A stretch of 63,930 nucleotides of DNA, filler included, from Trypethelium eluteriae (Eukaryota), in assembly GCA_051942245.1 (NCBI GenBank). It is 3 parts of 3 records of this genome, joined end to end, with 100 filler letters (N's around TTAATTAATTAA, not from the genome) between each part and the next. Parts side by side here need not be neighbours in the genome. Positions count along the whole stretch, not along the records: positions 21,867 to 43,625 come from JAVECL010000463.1; 2 more parts are not named here. The stretch is one strand, 5' to 3'. Within the stretch, counting starts at the first letter, position 1; the number at the start of each line of letters is the position of its first letter. Of the stretch, positions 25,101 through 37,911 are shown in pieces. Both the position numbers and the translations under genes were made by a program. The notes beneath the pieces were generated by a model, which was not told the origin of the DNA, made no database searches, and worked only from the letters and a program-made list of their open reading frames with translations.

Positions 25101-26260
25101 GTCATTCAACCCACAGAAGACTGCCATGCGCAGATCCCGACACGACGGATAATACTGGTAGAAGTCCACTTCATTTAGCATCTGCATTCGGAAGTCTTTC
25201 AATGGTCGAGCTTCTGGTTGAAGGCGGAGCCAACCTCAATCTAGCAATCCCGCAGTCTCAACTTACGCCGCTTCACTTAGCCATAAAGTATGGTTGTAAT
25301 TTGGCGGTGACAAGATATCTTTTGGCAAAAGGGGTAGATACCACGAGTGTCAGCGAATGTGGACTCAACGCGCTGGAGATTGCAGTCCTTTGTGGGAAGG
25401 GCTTTAGCGCAAGTACGGTTATTGCTAACATGAGTCACGAAGCGCTTGGAAAAACCCTCCTTCATTTCTTTCATTTGAGTCCTGAAGAGCCCGGTCCGCT
25501 TCCTGCAGCGATACGACGGTACGGAAACGAGAGCTTAGGATACCACCTTGGAAAGGCTATTTTGTGGTGTGCTCATGAACGAGCGAAATCTTTGCGCAAG
25601 AGGGACCGCGGCGGAATTGACAAGACAAGAGCTGATGTAAATGGCCACACAGACATTGGTACGCTGTGGCAAGCATTTCTGTGGGCTTCCCCTGTGCTAA
25701 TATATGAGACAGGTTTAGCGATATCTGTGGTAGTATATGGCCTCGGAATACTTGCTGACAGAGAGCCAACCCGTGATTCGAGACTTGATTTCTTGGAAGC
25801 TCGACAGTCATTCCAATCTTTCAATCCAGCCAGTCGCAAAGTATGGCGAGAGGGTACTCGGCCCTCTGGCTACATTGAGGAACAACTCCTGCAACAATGG
25901 CGTGCAAGGTCGAAAACAACAGCACGGGCTCTCAATCATGGTTTAGGTGGACTCTGGGATGGACCACTTTTACACATCCAGAGCGGAACCTCCGGTCCTT
26001 TTGATGAGGACATTTCCACTGAGGATCGTACGAACGACACGGAAAATCTGTCTAGCCAGGGGCCTCCAGATGAAGGTTCGACAAGATTCCCAGTACCTCC
26101 CATGCCGCCTTGTTTAGAAGGCGTCCCAGACGTTGACAGTACTGTAGATATTGAAGAGGAGAGTGCTATACTGGAATTTCCCGTCGACTTTAGGAAACGT
26201 CTATGGAGAGGAAAAGGCATGGGGGCGGCTAGGGGAATGGAGGATGCAGGGTTGGACTAG
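22188..26260 (+). pseudogene. NACHT-ankyrin NLR-like gene with one frameshift (true pseudogene or homopolymer error)
   Basis: Predicted exons 22188-22223, 22273-22387 and from 22480. Motifs PGTCRWIL, Walker A GPGKGKT and Walker B CVLDGVDEC. The frame switches near AAAA 23298-23301 into SEGTYLWAALV, followed by HASLKEYL and several ankyrin repeats (GNSCLHLAA, GQTALQVAA, GRSPLHLAS, TPLHLAI). Confidence 0.8.
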
Positions 26261-26519
26261 GGCAGTGGTGATTTGAGCTCTCCAGTGGCTACAGCTGTTG
26301 AGTGGCCGCGATCTAAACTGCGTGTCATTTTGTGGTTGAAAGCAGCGGCATCTTAGAGTGAGAAGTGAGCGACGAAAGGCGACAGGATACGATGATATCT
26401 TAGAGCGAACGTATTCCGCAGGCCTTGATATGAAAAGGATCTTCTTTGCAATATCAGATAGTGACAGCACAATCAGAGTCTTGCAATATCCTTCGGTTCT
26501 AGTGTAGCCCAAAATTAGC

Positions 26520-27149
26520 CTAATAGACCACCTCATTGACCCTAAAGCCCTTGTGCTTCGGCACATTTAATCCATCACTTAGTTTCTGCACCCATTCGAT
26601 ACCCTTCTCCCACCAAAGCTGCCTTTCCGGCCTCATTTCGCTTCGCTCTAAATCCTCCCTGTCTAAAGTTCCAAGCACAACATCAAACAAGTCCGGAAAC
26701 CCTTTCGCGTATCCTGGAATTGGCCATACCGCATAAGCTACATTCGTCCCGCAGTGACCACAGAACGATCGAGTTCTATCTTTGGAGCTTACAAAGAACC
26801 GCACCGTAGACTCTTGCGATTCTTCTGAATCTTGCCTTAGCGCTTCGTCCGCTGAAAGCCAGGTCAATTCATTGTCGGGTGTTGAGTAATGATGAGTGTC
26901 AGGAGGAGGTGGAGGCCGGAGTGAAACAGAGAACATTGGGGCTGGAACACAAAGCCAGGCGGGAAGGATGGAGCCAGTTGCGCGCCGACAGTCGTTGCAG
27001 TGATCTGTCGTACTGAAAGGAAATCGTATAGAGCCGTCAGGAGAGAGTGGATGGACTGGTCGTTCTAAAATAGAGGGGATTGAGATACGGTAGCGGATAG
27101 CGCTGCAGTTGCATCCACCATGTAGATCAAATCCATGGTTGGGAAGCAT
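26520..27149 (-). CDS. GFA/CENP-V family zinc protein
   Basis: GGCNCSAIRY, DHCNDCRRATG and RSFCGHCGT; single exon. Confidence 0.88.
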   Translation of the reverse strand: MLPNHGFDLHGGCNCSAIRYRISIPSILERPVHPLSPDGSIRFPFSTTDHCNDCRRATGSILPAWLCVPAPMFSVSLRPPPPPDTHHYSTPDNELTWLSADEALRQDSEESQESTVRFFVSSKDRTRSFCGHCGTNVAYAVWPIPGYAKGFPDLFDVVLGTLDREDLERSEMRPERQLWWEKGIEWVQKLSDGLNVPKHKGFRVNEVVY

Positions 27150-27750
27150 TGTTATAAATACTGAGTCTCTAGACAAGCGAAGTACCTCGAGACATCGAAG
27201 AGGAAGTCGTCGCTAATACAGAGGGAGACTTCATTTTTAGACTGGCCTGGTCATGCAGCTTCGTCAAGGCAGCATCGAGCGAATTCGGCTTACGCAGAGC
27301 TTAGAGTATGCCAGACTTATTCATATCGGGACGCAAGAACGCCTCTGACGACTATTAGCAAAGTTGAAGTAGGCAGACCAAAAGAAACAAAAATCTTTGA
27401 CGACTTTCAAAGCAATATTGCGGCCCAGCAACGCCTTTGCCACGTACATGCAGAGCTGAAATGTAGCATTTGCCAGGACCGGTGGAATTTTTGTCCGCTT
27501 ACGATACCATTCATCCCACTCCAACCCACGGGCGAAGTTCTACGGCAGACGGCGATACGCCGATCTACAGGGCCAACGATTGCCTTGTACAGGCAACCTT
27601 CTTGCTTGCGGCGAAGGCATTGCCAACATTCTTCGCGAAGCTGCAGCTGATGTGGTTGCGATCTCTACCATCTCATGCGGCGCAATCTCAGGTGGACGCA
27701 TCGAGGTCTGAGATGTTGGATAGTGTACACGAAGCCTGGGCCATCTTTCT

Positions 27751-29526
27751 CTACTTTTTCTTCTTCATCAGGCCAGAAGACTCTTTTCTCAAAGAAAGCC
27801 ACTCGGCGATAATGCCCTTGTAATCTTTCAATTGGTACGCTCCCCCGAAGACTTCCCCGAGCAAGCCCCATCCTTTTCTCCAGCTTCTCAATCCCAAGTC
27901 TCTCATGAGCGTGTCATAGTAGGGTAAATTGTCATGCAGCGTATCGCCAGTCTTGCCTTGAGAGCCCATAGGACATCGCCATTTGCCGAAACGAGTCCAT
28001 AAAGATACCTCATACAAAACGTCTGCCTCACTCTCGGGTTGCACACTCAACTCATTATCGAGGTAGGCGTACGCCCACAGTGAGACTATCTCTGATTTGA
28101 GGTAGTTCTGGTAAGTTTCCACGTTAGTGAGAAACACTAGATTCCGCGGTCCATTGGAGACTTGAGACGGAGGCGCGATAAAGCGCCAAAGTCGCCATGG
28201 CGTCCTACCTGGCTCGCGCTCGGGATAGGTAGGACTGTGCTTTAGCTCTGGAAATCGCGCAAAGAGTTCGGTGTCGGCGCGTTCGTCGAGGGATGCGAAG
28301 GCCTTCGATTCGCCTGGGAAAGGTGTGACGGGTATGCCCCATCTGAGCTGCTTCGTCGCTGGAAGAAGAGGAAAGCTCGGTCCAAACTCATAGCCCGTCG
28401 CGTACACGAGAGCATCGGTCTCGATACGGTCGCCATTTTCCAGGATAATCGACTCATTTTCCAGACGTGCAACATCTTCGTGTACGATTTGGACTCCAGC
28501 GTCCCGTATAGTGTCGTAGAAGTCTGTGTCATAATTAAGGATGGCCGCCTGGCCGCCATACCACATTAAAGATTCCTTCGGTACAAGTTGCTTCGTCGAT
28601 TCCTGCTTCAGGATTCCGCTCTGCTCGATCGTGCTCTTCGACATGTTTGCAAAGTAATTGCGAGTAATAAAGCGACCAAGCGTAGTGTTATGCAGGAAGT
28701 AACGTACACTATGGAAGCCGTCATTGATACTCCAGGGGGCAGCTCCGAACCAGGATAGCGGACGAGTCATGAGGAGGCCCTCCATCCAGGGACTGAATGG
28801 CCCTATCTTTGGATAAGAAATCGCCAACCAAAGTCCGCCACGGCCCGTTTTACGAACGATCCAGGTCACATCCTTTCCATTGGAAGCATATCTATAGACT
28901 GCATCGTGTGCAGACTTTCCGCCTCCAATGATCGTGACACGGGAGATCGACGGATCCTGAAGGACTTTAGTGCCAGTGGAGGCCAGCTCCACCGAGTGAA
29001 GCGACGTTTTTCGAAAACTTTGCATGCCGGGATAAGATGGATAAAACGGACGTGAGGTTTGCCCAGTAGCAGCAAGAAGTTTAGCGCAGGTCACGGTTGA
29101 CTCTGTCTTTGCATCCCTAAGGTCTGTCTTATTGAGCTTTAGCGTCCATGTCTTGGTGCTGTCCTCGTTGTCTGTGGCCTGAACGACGATCGTGTTCAAG
29201 CATAAATGGGGTAGAAGGTCAAAGTGCTCTGCGTACTTGTGCAAGTATGCTGCCGTAGCCTCGCCGCTTACGAGGCCTCGCGGTTTCACTCCAACGTCGG
29301 CGTCGAGCAAGGGAAAATCGGAAAATTCAAAGTAGCCTTGAAGATTATTGGCGCGTAGGCCCGGATAGACTTGTTCTTCTGCCCAGGTCCCTCCAACGCT
29401 CGATTTCTCGTCTACAATGAGTAGAGAGATAGACGGATTTATGGAAAGAAAGGTGTGCGCAGCGCACAAACCCTGTATACCGGCGCCCACGACAACCACA
29501 TCGTAATGATCTTTCAGAGTTGTCAT
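27751..29526 (-). CDS. Flavin-containing monooxygenase (class B FMO-like)
   Basis: FAD motif VVVGAGIQG, GGTW..VYPGL, ATG, FRKTSLHS (FMO fingerprint variant), NADPH motif IIGGGKSAHD and YATGY. Confidence 0.9.
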   Translation of the reverse strand: MTTLKDHYDVVVVGAGIQGLCAAHTFLSINPSISLLIVDEKSSVGGTWAEEQVYPGLRANNLQGYFEFSDFPLLDADVGVKPRGLVSGEATAAYLHKYAEHFDLLPHLCLNTIVVQATDNEDSTKTWTLKLNKTDLRDAKTESTVTCAKLLAATGQTSRPFYPSYPGMQSFRKTSLHSVELASTGTKVLQDPSISRVTIIGGGKSAHDAVYRYASNGKDVTWIVRKTGRGGLWLAISYPKIGPFSPWMEGLLMTRPLSWFGAAPWSINDGFHSVRYFLHNTTLGRFITRNYFANMSKSTIEQSGILKQESTKQLVPKESLMWYGGQAAILNYDTDFYDTIRDAGVQIVHEDVARLENESIILENGDRIETDALVYATGYEFGPSFPLLPATKQLRWGIPVTPFPGESKAFASLDERADTELFARFPELKHSPTYPEREPGRTPWRLWRFIAPPSQVSNGPRNLVFLTNVETYQNYLKSEIVSLWAYAYLDNELSVQPESEADVLYEVSLWTRFGKWRCPMGSQGKTGDTLHDNLPYYDTLMRDLGLRSWRKGWGLLGEVFGGAYQLKDYKGIIAEWLSLRKESSGLMKKKK

Positions 29527-30379
29527 AGCGTGTTTTGCGAGATGACTGCGCAATGAAAAGATTGATAAAGATTAACAGATAGATCTAGGACAATGCATTC
29601 AACAGAGTTTTAGCAGCTGGTCGAACTTGAATCGGATAGGATAGCGGCATGGAAGAACTTATCCTACTGCGGAGCTGCAAAGTCAAAAAGACGATAAAAA
29701 GCTTTTAACTGCTGGAGATGGAGGTGAAAGCTGACCGAGCCACAAGGCTAAGGAGGAGCTGAACAACATGCATGCATTTGAACTAGTATTGTTGTGCTTG
29801 ACGGAAATGGTACGCTGCGGCACGGCTTGATCCATGAAGAAAGCCTGGAGAGCGCATGCATGAACAGTGATAACGCAGGCAACCATCTCTGTGGGGTGTG
29901 ACCCGGGAGACGGATAACTTGTAGCCAACAAATTGCACGTTCGTGGCCTCTTCATCGACATTCTGTGGCTAAAATCTGCCGGTGAGCCGCGCCGCTTGCT
30001 GCCGTCTTCCAACCTCTACCGCCGAGTAGCATTTCATGAAAGCCTTGCTGAAGAGAGAGCGACTGGCCAGTATGCTCAGCTTCTTTGTATGCAATGAATT
30101 AGTCATCACGCCAACATTTTCAAGGGACGTAGATTACGGTAGCCTGCAGTGCTCATCCTGCCCCTCTCCCCCACAGGTAGTAGGTCTACCCCTGGACCCT
30201 ACGCGGTTTGGGATACTTCAGCCTTGGTGGAAGTCGCGAAAAACATTCCAGCTGTGGCGGTACGGGTTCAAGCAGAGTTGAGCCGGAGATAGGCCGGGTG
30301 TAATTTTGCTGAGTCAGCGCCCTGATACCACTAACCGGATTGAGTTTATGGAGAGGGTAGGTTGTATGGAAACATAGCG

Positions 30380-31478
30380 ATGGACACAGGGTCAACACCA
30401 ACGCCTGCGCAGCAATTCCTGGGCCCATCGACGACAGTTCGAATATATACCAGCTTAGCCCTATTTCTGGCGAAGACGAATCTCCGATTCTCAGTCAGGC
30501 GGTATCGTGCGAGGATTTGGTTCTTGAAAATTTCGACGCGAGCTGCCTTCCTGCTGCACGGGTATCCGCTTTGATAACACTATCATACGCTCCTTATTCT
30601 CCCGGAATATCATGTCCTCACGGATACTTGACTGCCTGCTTTGCGGCAACGCTTAGAAAGGGCAGCCGACTGCCGTGCCTCAGGGAGGAAACGTTGTAAG
30701 CATTGACTTCGCGTATAAACCCTCTCCAGGTGAGACTGTAGCAGGATGCTGTCCAAGGTAGGCTGCTTCCTGAGCTCTATTATCATTCTCGTAAGCTAAA
30801 GACGGTCTCATTAGTGGTTATGACTGTTTCAAGGACGGAGGCAGTTGCGTCTCGGTAGTTATCGCGGATAGTATCACAGTGACGGAATGTTCATCAGGAC
30901 AACCAATTGCTACATCGACTATGCACTTACTAACTATCTTGACTACCTCGAAAAGTATTTTTGGCTCGCGCCCGAACGGATCTTTTCCATTTGTAACTGA
31001 GATGAGCTCGATATTTGCCACACTATCCGCACCCATGATTCAAATAGTCTAGCAAAATTCAGACAGACTACCTATCAGCACGATAGGCAAAAGTCCCACG
31101 GTCCAGCCAACATTGGCAGAGCCTCCAGCCTCCATACCTTCAACTCAAGTAAAGAGCGGTCTATCGATTAAAGCAAAACTCATCATCAGTGCTGTCATCC
31201 CCGTGGTTGTTCTTGTAGTAGTAGCTCTTTTCGTGAGCCTACTGGTTAGCTGGAGAAAGAGGAGGGTCACCGGGATGAGACACTCAACAGGATATACTAA
31301 GCCCGAGCTGGATGCTCCTAATACTGTTCAGAAGATGGACAAGGTTCTGGTGGAGATGCCAGCCCTTGATTCGCCCAGGGAGGTCGGTCTCGGGCTTTCC
31401 CATGAGCTCGCAGCGCCAGAAGCTGTTCATGAATTAGAAAGCTCTGATATCAGTTGTGCGAGCGTAAGAACTCGGTAA
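30380..31478 (+). pseudogene. Degenerate paralogue of the Mid2/SKG6-like gene at 1561-2768
   Basis: FLGPSTT, YSPGISCPHGY and ETVAGCCP lie in different frames. Intron 30758-30814 is at the same CCP|SGYDC position as in the paralogue. In-frame TAG at 31050-31052 replaces the W of APMIQxxW. The TM helix and KPELDA/HEL tail are intact. Confidence 0.8.
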
Positions 31479-32477
31479 TCGTCCTATATCACCAGCGCAA
31501 CTCCAAAATCTGCCTGTCTGGAAAGATAAAATCGTTCTTCGCATCCCTGGTGTTCAGTTTGTGGGAGAAAAGTGTACTCAATCGTCGAAGCCGCCATTTC
31601 AGACATACAGTCGCTGACAACAATATATTTTCGAGAGATCCACCCTCATTCAATCGTGGTGATTTCAGTGTTGTCCTAATCTTTGCTGCACAAAAGCCCC
31701 ATCTGCGCCTGCAAAAGACCTCTGCGAGTTGCTGCTTTGTTGATTTCTTTCCTTTCACCCTTCTCCCTATGCCCCCATCGCAGATGAGACCACTCTGACG
31801 GATGGAAACGGTCTCCATCTTGCGCTCCGTCTTGAGGCTATGGCTGAGGTAACGCGAGGAGGAAGCGTTCTCCATACCTCAATGCAATTCCGTCGGTAGT
31901 GCGATCTGGCCTGGGTGAGGAGACCTTTCGAACCTTTCTCTTCCCAATTGACGGACTTTCCCATATCCCTTTGCCGATTCTGTGTCGTCGTATTGGTCAC
32001 GGATGCGTATAGAATTTGCATTCATGAAGGATGGCTCATTTCAAAGCTTTCGGGTCTGGTATTACTGCTATGCTGGTAAAGTTCATTTATCCGATCAAGC
32101 CACGATCTCAATGAACCTATCCAAATCTGCTTGCTATGGTATATAGTCCCAAGCACTGCAAGATCGTTCCTGTTCAGCCTCATCTTCTTGAGCAGTTTCT
32201 ACGCTATTTCGCAGAGGGGCTGCTCCTTATATCCAAACGTTGGGTCATCCTGACACCTTTGAGGATCAAATACTTCGTTCCGTCCATAACAACCTTCAAG
32301 ACCGTGAGTACCGCCGCGACAAGTGTTGAATGGTTGATAGGCTTGTCAATACTGAAGCCGGTGCCGGGATAGCATTTGGAAATCCAGTCATCTATGGACC
32401 TCGAGATACGACGAGATTCTTCTCCTCATTATGAAGCAGGCAAAGGGCCTATAACACCTCTACCTCAACATGAAATG

Positions 32478-34136
32478 TTACAGCTTCACAGCAAAACGCT
32501 CCCTAAGCCACCCTCCGTAATGATAGAAGAACAGTGGCACTGGAAGAAAAGCCACGCCTATAAAAGCTAGGACGCTATTCCCCCAGCCAAGTCCTAGGTC
32601 TGCATACAAAGACGGCCCTGCCAATGGAACGAAAGCTGCAAAAAGAAGTCGGAGAATGACGTTCGCAGCCAAGGCAGAGGCGGCAGCTTCAGGGCCAAAG
32701 GCATCCACTATGTAGAGCTGAGTTGGCAGTATGACCCACAGAAGTCCGAATCCAAAGACGGAGGTGCCGATGATGGGCACGATCCAATGAGTCTGCTTCT
32801 CGGCTGCCCAGCCATACCAGAAGATGCCGACGGGAACGGCGGGCATGACCCACGCCATGGGCTTCAGGCGTCCTTCAGGTTTGGGCGAATCTCCAAGTGC
32901 CTTTTGCAGCTTGTCGGCGACGGTGGCAAAGGCTCCGAGAGAGATGGCCATTCCAAGTCCAACGCCGAGATATGACAAGCCAGAAACGCCGACGGAGAAG
33001 TGGTATTGGTCCTCAAAGACCGTGGGGAACGTGGTGAACAGCATAAAGAGGAGGCCGGAAACGAACGCGCACAGGAGGGAAAGGAGTAGCACGATTGGCG
33101 ACAGGATGAGAAGCTTTGTTGGTCGAATGATAGCGCGGAGGAATAGCTGGCGGGGGGTTAGGCCTCGATCCATCTTCGAAACCAGAGCAGCATTGCCAGT
33201 TTCTTTCCGGAGGCGAGCAGCTTTCCACCCTAGCAGCACGGCGGCATTGGTCTCGCGGAGGAAGAAGATTGACATAGTAAATGATACTCCCGCCTAGGGT
33301 CGAACCGTCAGCGAGTCGAGAGTAGTAGGGGCTGTGGTCTACTCACTAGGATTATGATGATCCAAAAAGTCCATCGCCAGCCAATTGATTCGGACACAAA
33401 GCCACCAATAATTGGGCCCATGACCTGGAACGATCGTCAGTGTCATGACAGTTTGCGTGGGGTAATGCCACCTACTGGTCCCAGAAGTGGTCCCATGAAG
33501 AACAGAGACATTGCCCTCCCACGCTGAGCTAACGGAACGACGTCGGCGACGGTTCCTCCGCCGACTGTCGATGGGCCCGAAGAAGCACATCCGGCAAGGA
33601 ATCGAAAAACGAGAAACATGGCGGTGTCCTTGCCCAGCGCACATCCGATGATGAAGCCAATGTAAATGACATTGCAGGTGTGGTAGATCACCAGGCGTCC
33701 GTACAGTTCGGATAGCGGTGCGATGAGCATTGGCCCAACGGCGAAGCCGGCAAGGTAAATGGACACGGTGAGACTGACAATGGTGGAACTCGTGATATGG
33801 AACTCCTGAGCAAGCGAGGTAGCTCCAGGTGCAAACATTGTCGCCGCGAGATTGCTATACGTGTATTAGTCAGGACGGGATTTGCTTCGCCAAAGGAGCG
33901 CACGAATTGCCTTACGCAGTGAGCAAGAAAGCGCTGGCGAGGACGACTTGGGTCATGCATTTCCATGCTGGCCAGTTCCGCGGATTTTGGGGATCGTCTG
34001 GCCCATCCCAGTCGACCACATTGTCCTTTGTCTCTTGTTCAATTGCTTTTTGCTCAGACTCACTAGATTTTTGGTCATGGTAACCGTCTTCCAATATGGC
34101 CGGCTTCTCATGGGCAGATTCCAAGTCGGCCTCCAT
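32478..34136 (-). CDS. MFS drug:H+ antiporter (DHA1 family), 3 introns
   Basis: VVDWDGPDDPQNPRNW, APLSELYGR, GGGTVAD, GPLLGP, WRWT, RET and PEGRL motifs; many hydrophobic helices. Confidence 0.92.
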
Positions 34137-34364
34137 GATATGCTGTCGAGGGTGGCGTGACTCTGGGACATTGGCCCGTGTCTCTTCACTGGTGCCATCC
34201 TTTGCTTGCTATATATTTGAAGGCCTCGTAGAGGAGCCATAGCTATAGTTCTTTGGGCAAGGGCTAATTGCGCCAGCTATTAAATCCGTAAAATGGACCG
34301 TAAATACGGAGCCAAACTGGAGATTTGCTTGATAGAAGGGGAGCTCGGAGAGAGAGAGCGAGCG

Positions 34365-34473
34365 GACGCGGAGGGTCAGAGGAGCAGGCATCGTGGGCGA
34401 CGTAAGGTAGGTACGATATGGACGGTCGACGCGGAGGGTTGACGCGGAGCGGAGGGTCGGATGGTCGGACGGT
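34365..34473. promoter_or_regulatory. CGG-repeat array in the divergent MFS/TF promoter
   Basis: GACGCGGAGGGT at 34365 and 34428; tandem CGGAGGGT-CGGATGGT-CGGACGGT at 34450-34473. Confidence 0.55.
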
Positions 34474-34627
34474 CGTTGCTTTCTCCATTGCCTCTCGGTT
34501 TGCGCCGCTAGACATCTTCTTCTTCGAAGGAGGCGGTCGAGGTGATGAAGAATAGTGAGCATTATGATGTGAAGATTATGCATCTCTACGAGGTTGAGCT
34601 CTGCGAGCGCCTCAATCCAGTCACACC

Positions 34628-36909
34628 ATGGCTGACAATGCTCAATGTCCGCGTCCGCCGCCAAATCGACGTAGAGACAAAGTCCAGCTTTCCTGCGACC
34701 CTTGCAGACACCGAAAGTACGTGCTCGATAGCCATCACAAAGTCGTGCATGCTAAACTTTGTCAGGCTGAGGTGCAATCGACAGCACCCATGCGGAGCTT
34801 GCTCAAGGCGTGGCCTCACCAACTCCTGCAATTATGCGACGACATCTTCTTTAACGCCCGATGCTCAGCGGTCCGTTGCTCCGCGACACTCCACCAGCCT
34901 CCATGGCAGAATCTCTGAACTGGAGAGCCTCGTCGTGACGCTCATGAAAGGCCAATCACTCCCAACTCCACCCGCACCGAAATCGCCGGGACCAAGCTCA
35001 CGGCCATTCGCAGACGTGTTCCCTGAGATCCGGAAACCAAAGAAAGCCCAAGATGAAGCTGCATCCCCGGCAGACCCTGGCACCTTAAAGTTGCACGAGT
35101 CCGGAACCAGCTATATCCAGAGTGTCCATTGGGAGGCCATTCTTACCAAAATCAGAGGACTGAAGGAGGACTTGGTCACTGATAGCAAAGCTCCGTCCGG
35201 TTCACACTTGTTCTATGGCCCGAACCGTCATGCAACTCGAGATGAAATACTGGCTGCTGTTCCTCCTCGTCCAGTTGTTGACCGCCTCATGGCCCTTCAC
35301 TTCGATTCCTACATTATTACTCCGTGTCCGTACATCCAAGCTTTCTTTCCACTCTCAGAGGCATTGACTGTGTGCTGTAGATCTCATTCATGGCAAGAAG
35401 TTTCTCCAAGAGGTGGGTTCTTTCCACCCTGGCTGATTACAAGCAGTCTGACATTTGACCAGTACGAAGCCTTCTGGGAAGATCCGTCTGCAACTTCTAT
35501 CGCTTGGATCGGTCTCATGTTCTCCATGTTATACATTGCTGCGCAGTTGCAAACCTTCGCCATTGACGTCACTGACGGACGAGCCGATTCGCTCAAGGTG
35601 GAATATCTTACCATGAAGGATACCTTCCGGGAGAAGGCCGTTCAGTGTCTTATTCTGGCCAGGTATACGACGGGAGGACCTTATATCCTGGAAACCCTCA
35701 TAATGATCCTTACTGGAGAGTTTGTACTCTTGAAAGATAGCGCTACCGACGGCTGGCTTTTGATCAGTATGATACTTCATCTTGCAATTCGCATGGGCTA
35801 TCACCGGGACCCAGATCACTTTCCCCGAATATCTCCATTCGAGGGTGAGATGCGTAGACGCATCTGGACTACAATCCTTTCATTAGATCTCGCCCTCTCC
35901 TTGGAGATGGGCCTTCCTCGAAGTGCCACAGATACGCACATCGATACAAAACAGCCCCGTAATCTGCGCGACTGTGATTTTGAAGAGGACACGACCGAGA
36001 TGCCTCCGCCGAGGCCAGAAACAGAATGGACGCCAGTGCTCCCTCTCATTGCAAAAGGGCGACTGATATCAGCTCTCGGCTTGATTTGCGACGTCAACAC
36101 CGATATTAATCCCCCTTCCTACGACGAGGTCATCAAGGTCGACGCACTTCTTGAAGACGTGCACAAGCGTGCTATTCCGCCCGTGCTGCGCTGGGAAACT
36201 ATGCCACACCCCATCACGGATAGTCCAAACCTTGTGGTACAGCGGGTAAGTGTAGAAACGACCTACTACAAATCACGTATCCTCCTGTACCGGAGAGCTT
36301 TGATCAGCTACGCCGTTCGACAGTCTCAAGAGCGGGACAGGGAGTCGGTGCGAATTTGTTTAGATTCCGCACTCAAGATTCTATCCTTTCAACAGATGCT
36401 TCACGAAGAGTCTCAGCCATTTGGTCGTTTGTGTCAGCTTAGATGGAAGGTCACCCATATTTTCAACCAGGATGTTCTCCTCGCAACGAGCGTGCTCTGT
36501 CTCTACCTTCAAGACGTCGATAAATTTGAATTGCCTGAGACTGCAGGACAGACAACGTGGTCGCCTAGGGCTGAAGAGATTCGACAACGACTAACCATCT
36601 CGCACAAGATTTGGCTTCAAATGAGCACGGCATCTCCGGAAGCTGGAAAAGTAGCGAAAGCTCTGAGCATCGTCCTTGGAAACACAGAAGCGTCTGCCGA
36701 GGACGGTAGCGGGCCCGGCTCTTACGACTTTCTGATGGATTTTGATGCCATACCTCTGAATGAATTCGGCGCAACGTTTAACAATCAATGTGAGAAGTAC
36801 ACTCACTCGTGCTAATTGCAACTAACAAAAAGACTTATCAGATTTTCCCCCTGGCTTCTACTCTCCTCTCACGTTTTTTGATAATGTACTGGAAACTCGG
36901 GGGACATGA
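34628..36909 (+). CDS. Zn(II)2Cys6 transcription factor with fungal-specific TF domain
   Basis: SCDPCRHRK, intron, then LRCNRQHPCGACSRRGLTNSC. Middle-homology motif AIRMGYHRDP...EGEMRRRIW. Last exon 36842-36909. Confidence 0.92.
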
Positions 36910-37911
36910 CAATATAATTGTTTTGCCGCCAATATGTCCGTTACGGATGACATTCAACAAGCGCGCCACAATCAGAAATACTTACTATCACTGCTGGGGA
37001 CGCACGTTTCCTTGAAGAAAGCCCCTGTCTCCAAGCTTGCTGTCATTCGCAGGAGAATGCGACACGGATCCGAAGCGTGAGGGTAGTAAACTTCGCGAAG
37101 CAATGTGACGGTAGTTTCCAGATATGATTGCGAGAGACTTCCCAAACAGGGAGAATCTTAACGCCCCAAGATGCTCTGAAGTAGACCTTGCCGGCGTTCC
37201 GTCTTGTTTCGGGGTCGACAGAAGAGCGGTTGAGGTGAAATCGTTCGCCGAGGCCGCGTGCGAGAGAGAGAGAGAGACATGACAAGCTCGAAATGAGAAC
37301 GCCCAAAGAGCAGCTTTGGAATCGAGTGTTTGGGCTTTGTGATGGGCTCTGCCTGATGCTACTGGTTTCAGTGCCAAGTGGTGTTCATCCCGAAATTGTG
37401 TATACATAACCAAATTTTCGCCGAAATTTTGGGCGACTAGTTGTGGTACATACTGGCGAAGATACGATCCCAAGGACACTTCTGGTTTGCTTTGAAACGA
37501 ACATCGCTATTACAACAAAGAGCACTTACAGCGGAGGCTTGGATCTTTGACCTGGCTGAGGTAATCACACACCGTCGTCGCTAAATCTGCCGGACCGACG
37601 CTCGCACCTGCACCTATTTATCCTGGAGGGAGCTCGCCTTTTCCTGTCCAAAAACATCGTGCCTTATACCCGGCGAATTTCCCCTTGCCACATCCAGGCA
37701 TGTAAATATTCGCACAACGTCATCATGAACCTTCCGGGCCGCCGTTATTCAACGCTCTATCCCGCGTGGTAGACGATACACGATGCTAGAATTCCCCAGT
37801 GTGGGGCGGCCGGTTAAAGGCAAGCCTCCACTTTGGCGACGGCATTTATAGAGACTATAGCCAAGACTCGAATCCTATGTGCTTCTTCGTTGCCAAGAGC
37901 TCAATAATTCA

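Noticed and set aside
31489..32372. Fragmentary ORFs between the pseudogene and the MFS gene
   Set aside because: Possibly a decayed gene, but I could not assign a motif in any frame.
34542..36815. 757-aa uninterrupted ORF as the true transcription factor
   Set aside because: It reads through introns and misses the first Cys pair; the spliced model from 34628 restores the Zn2Cys6 motif.
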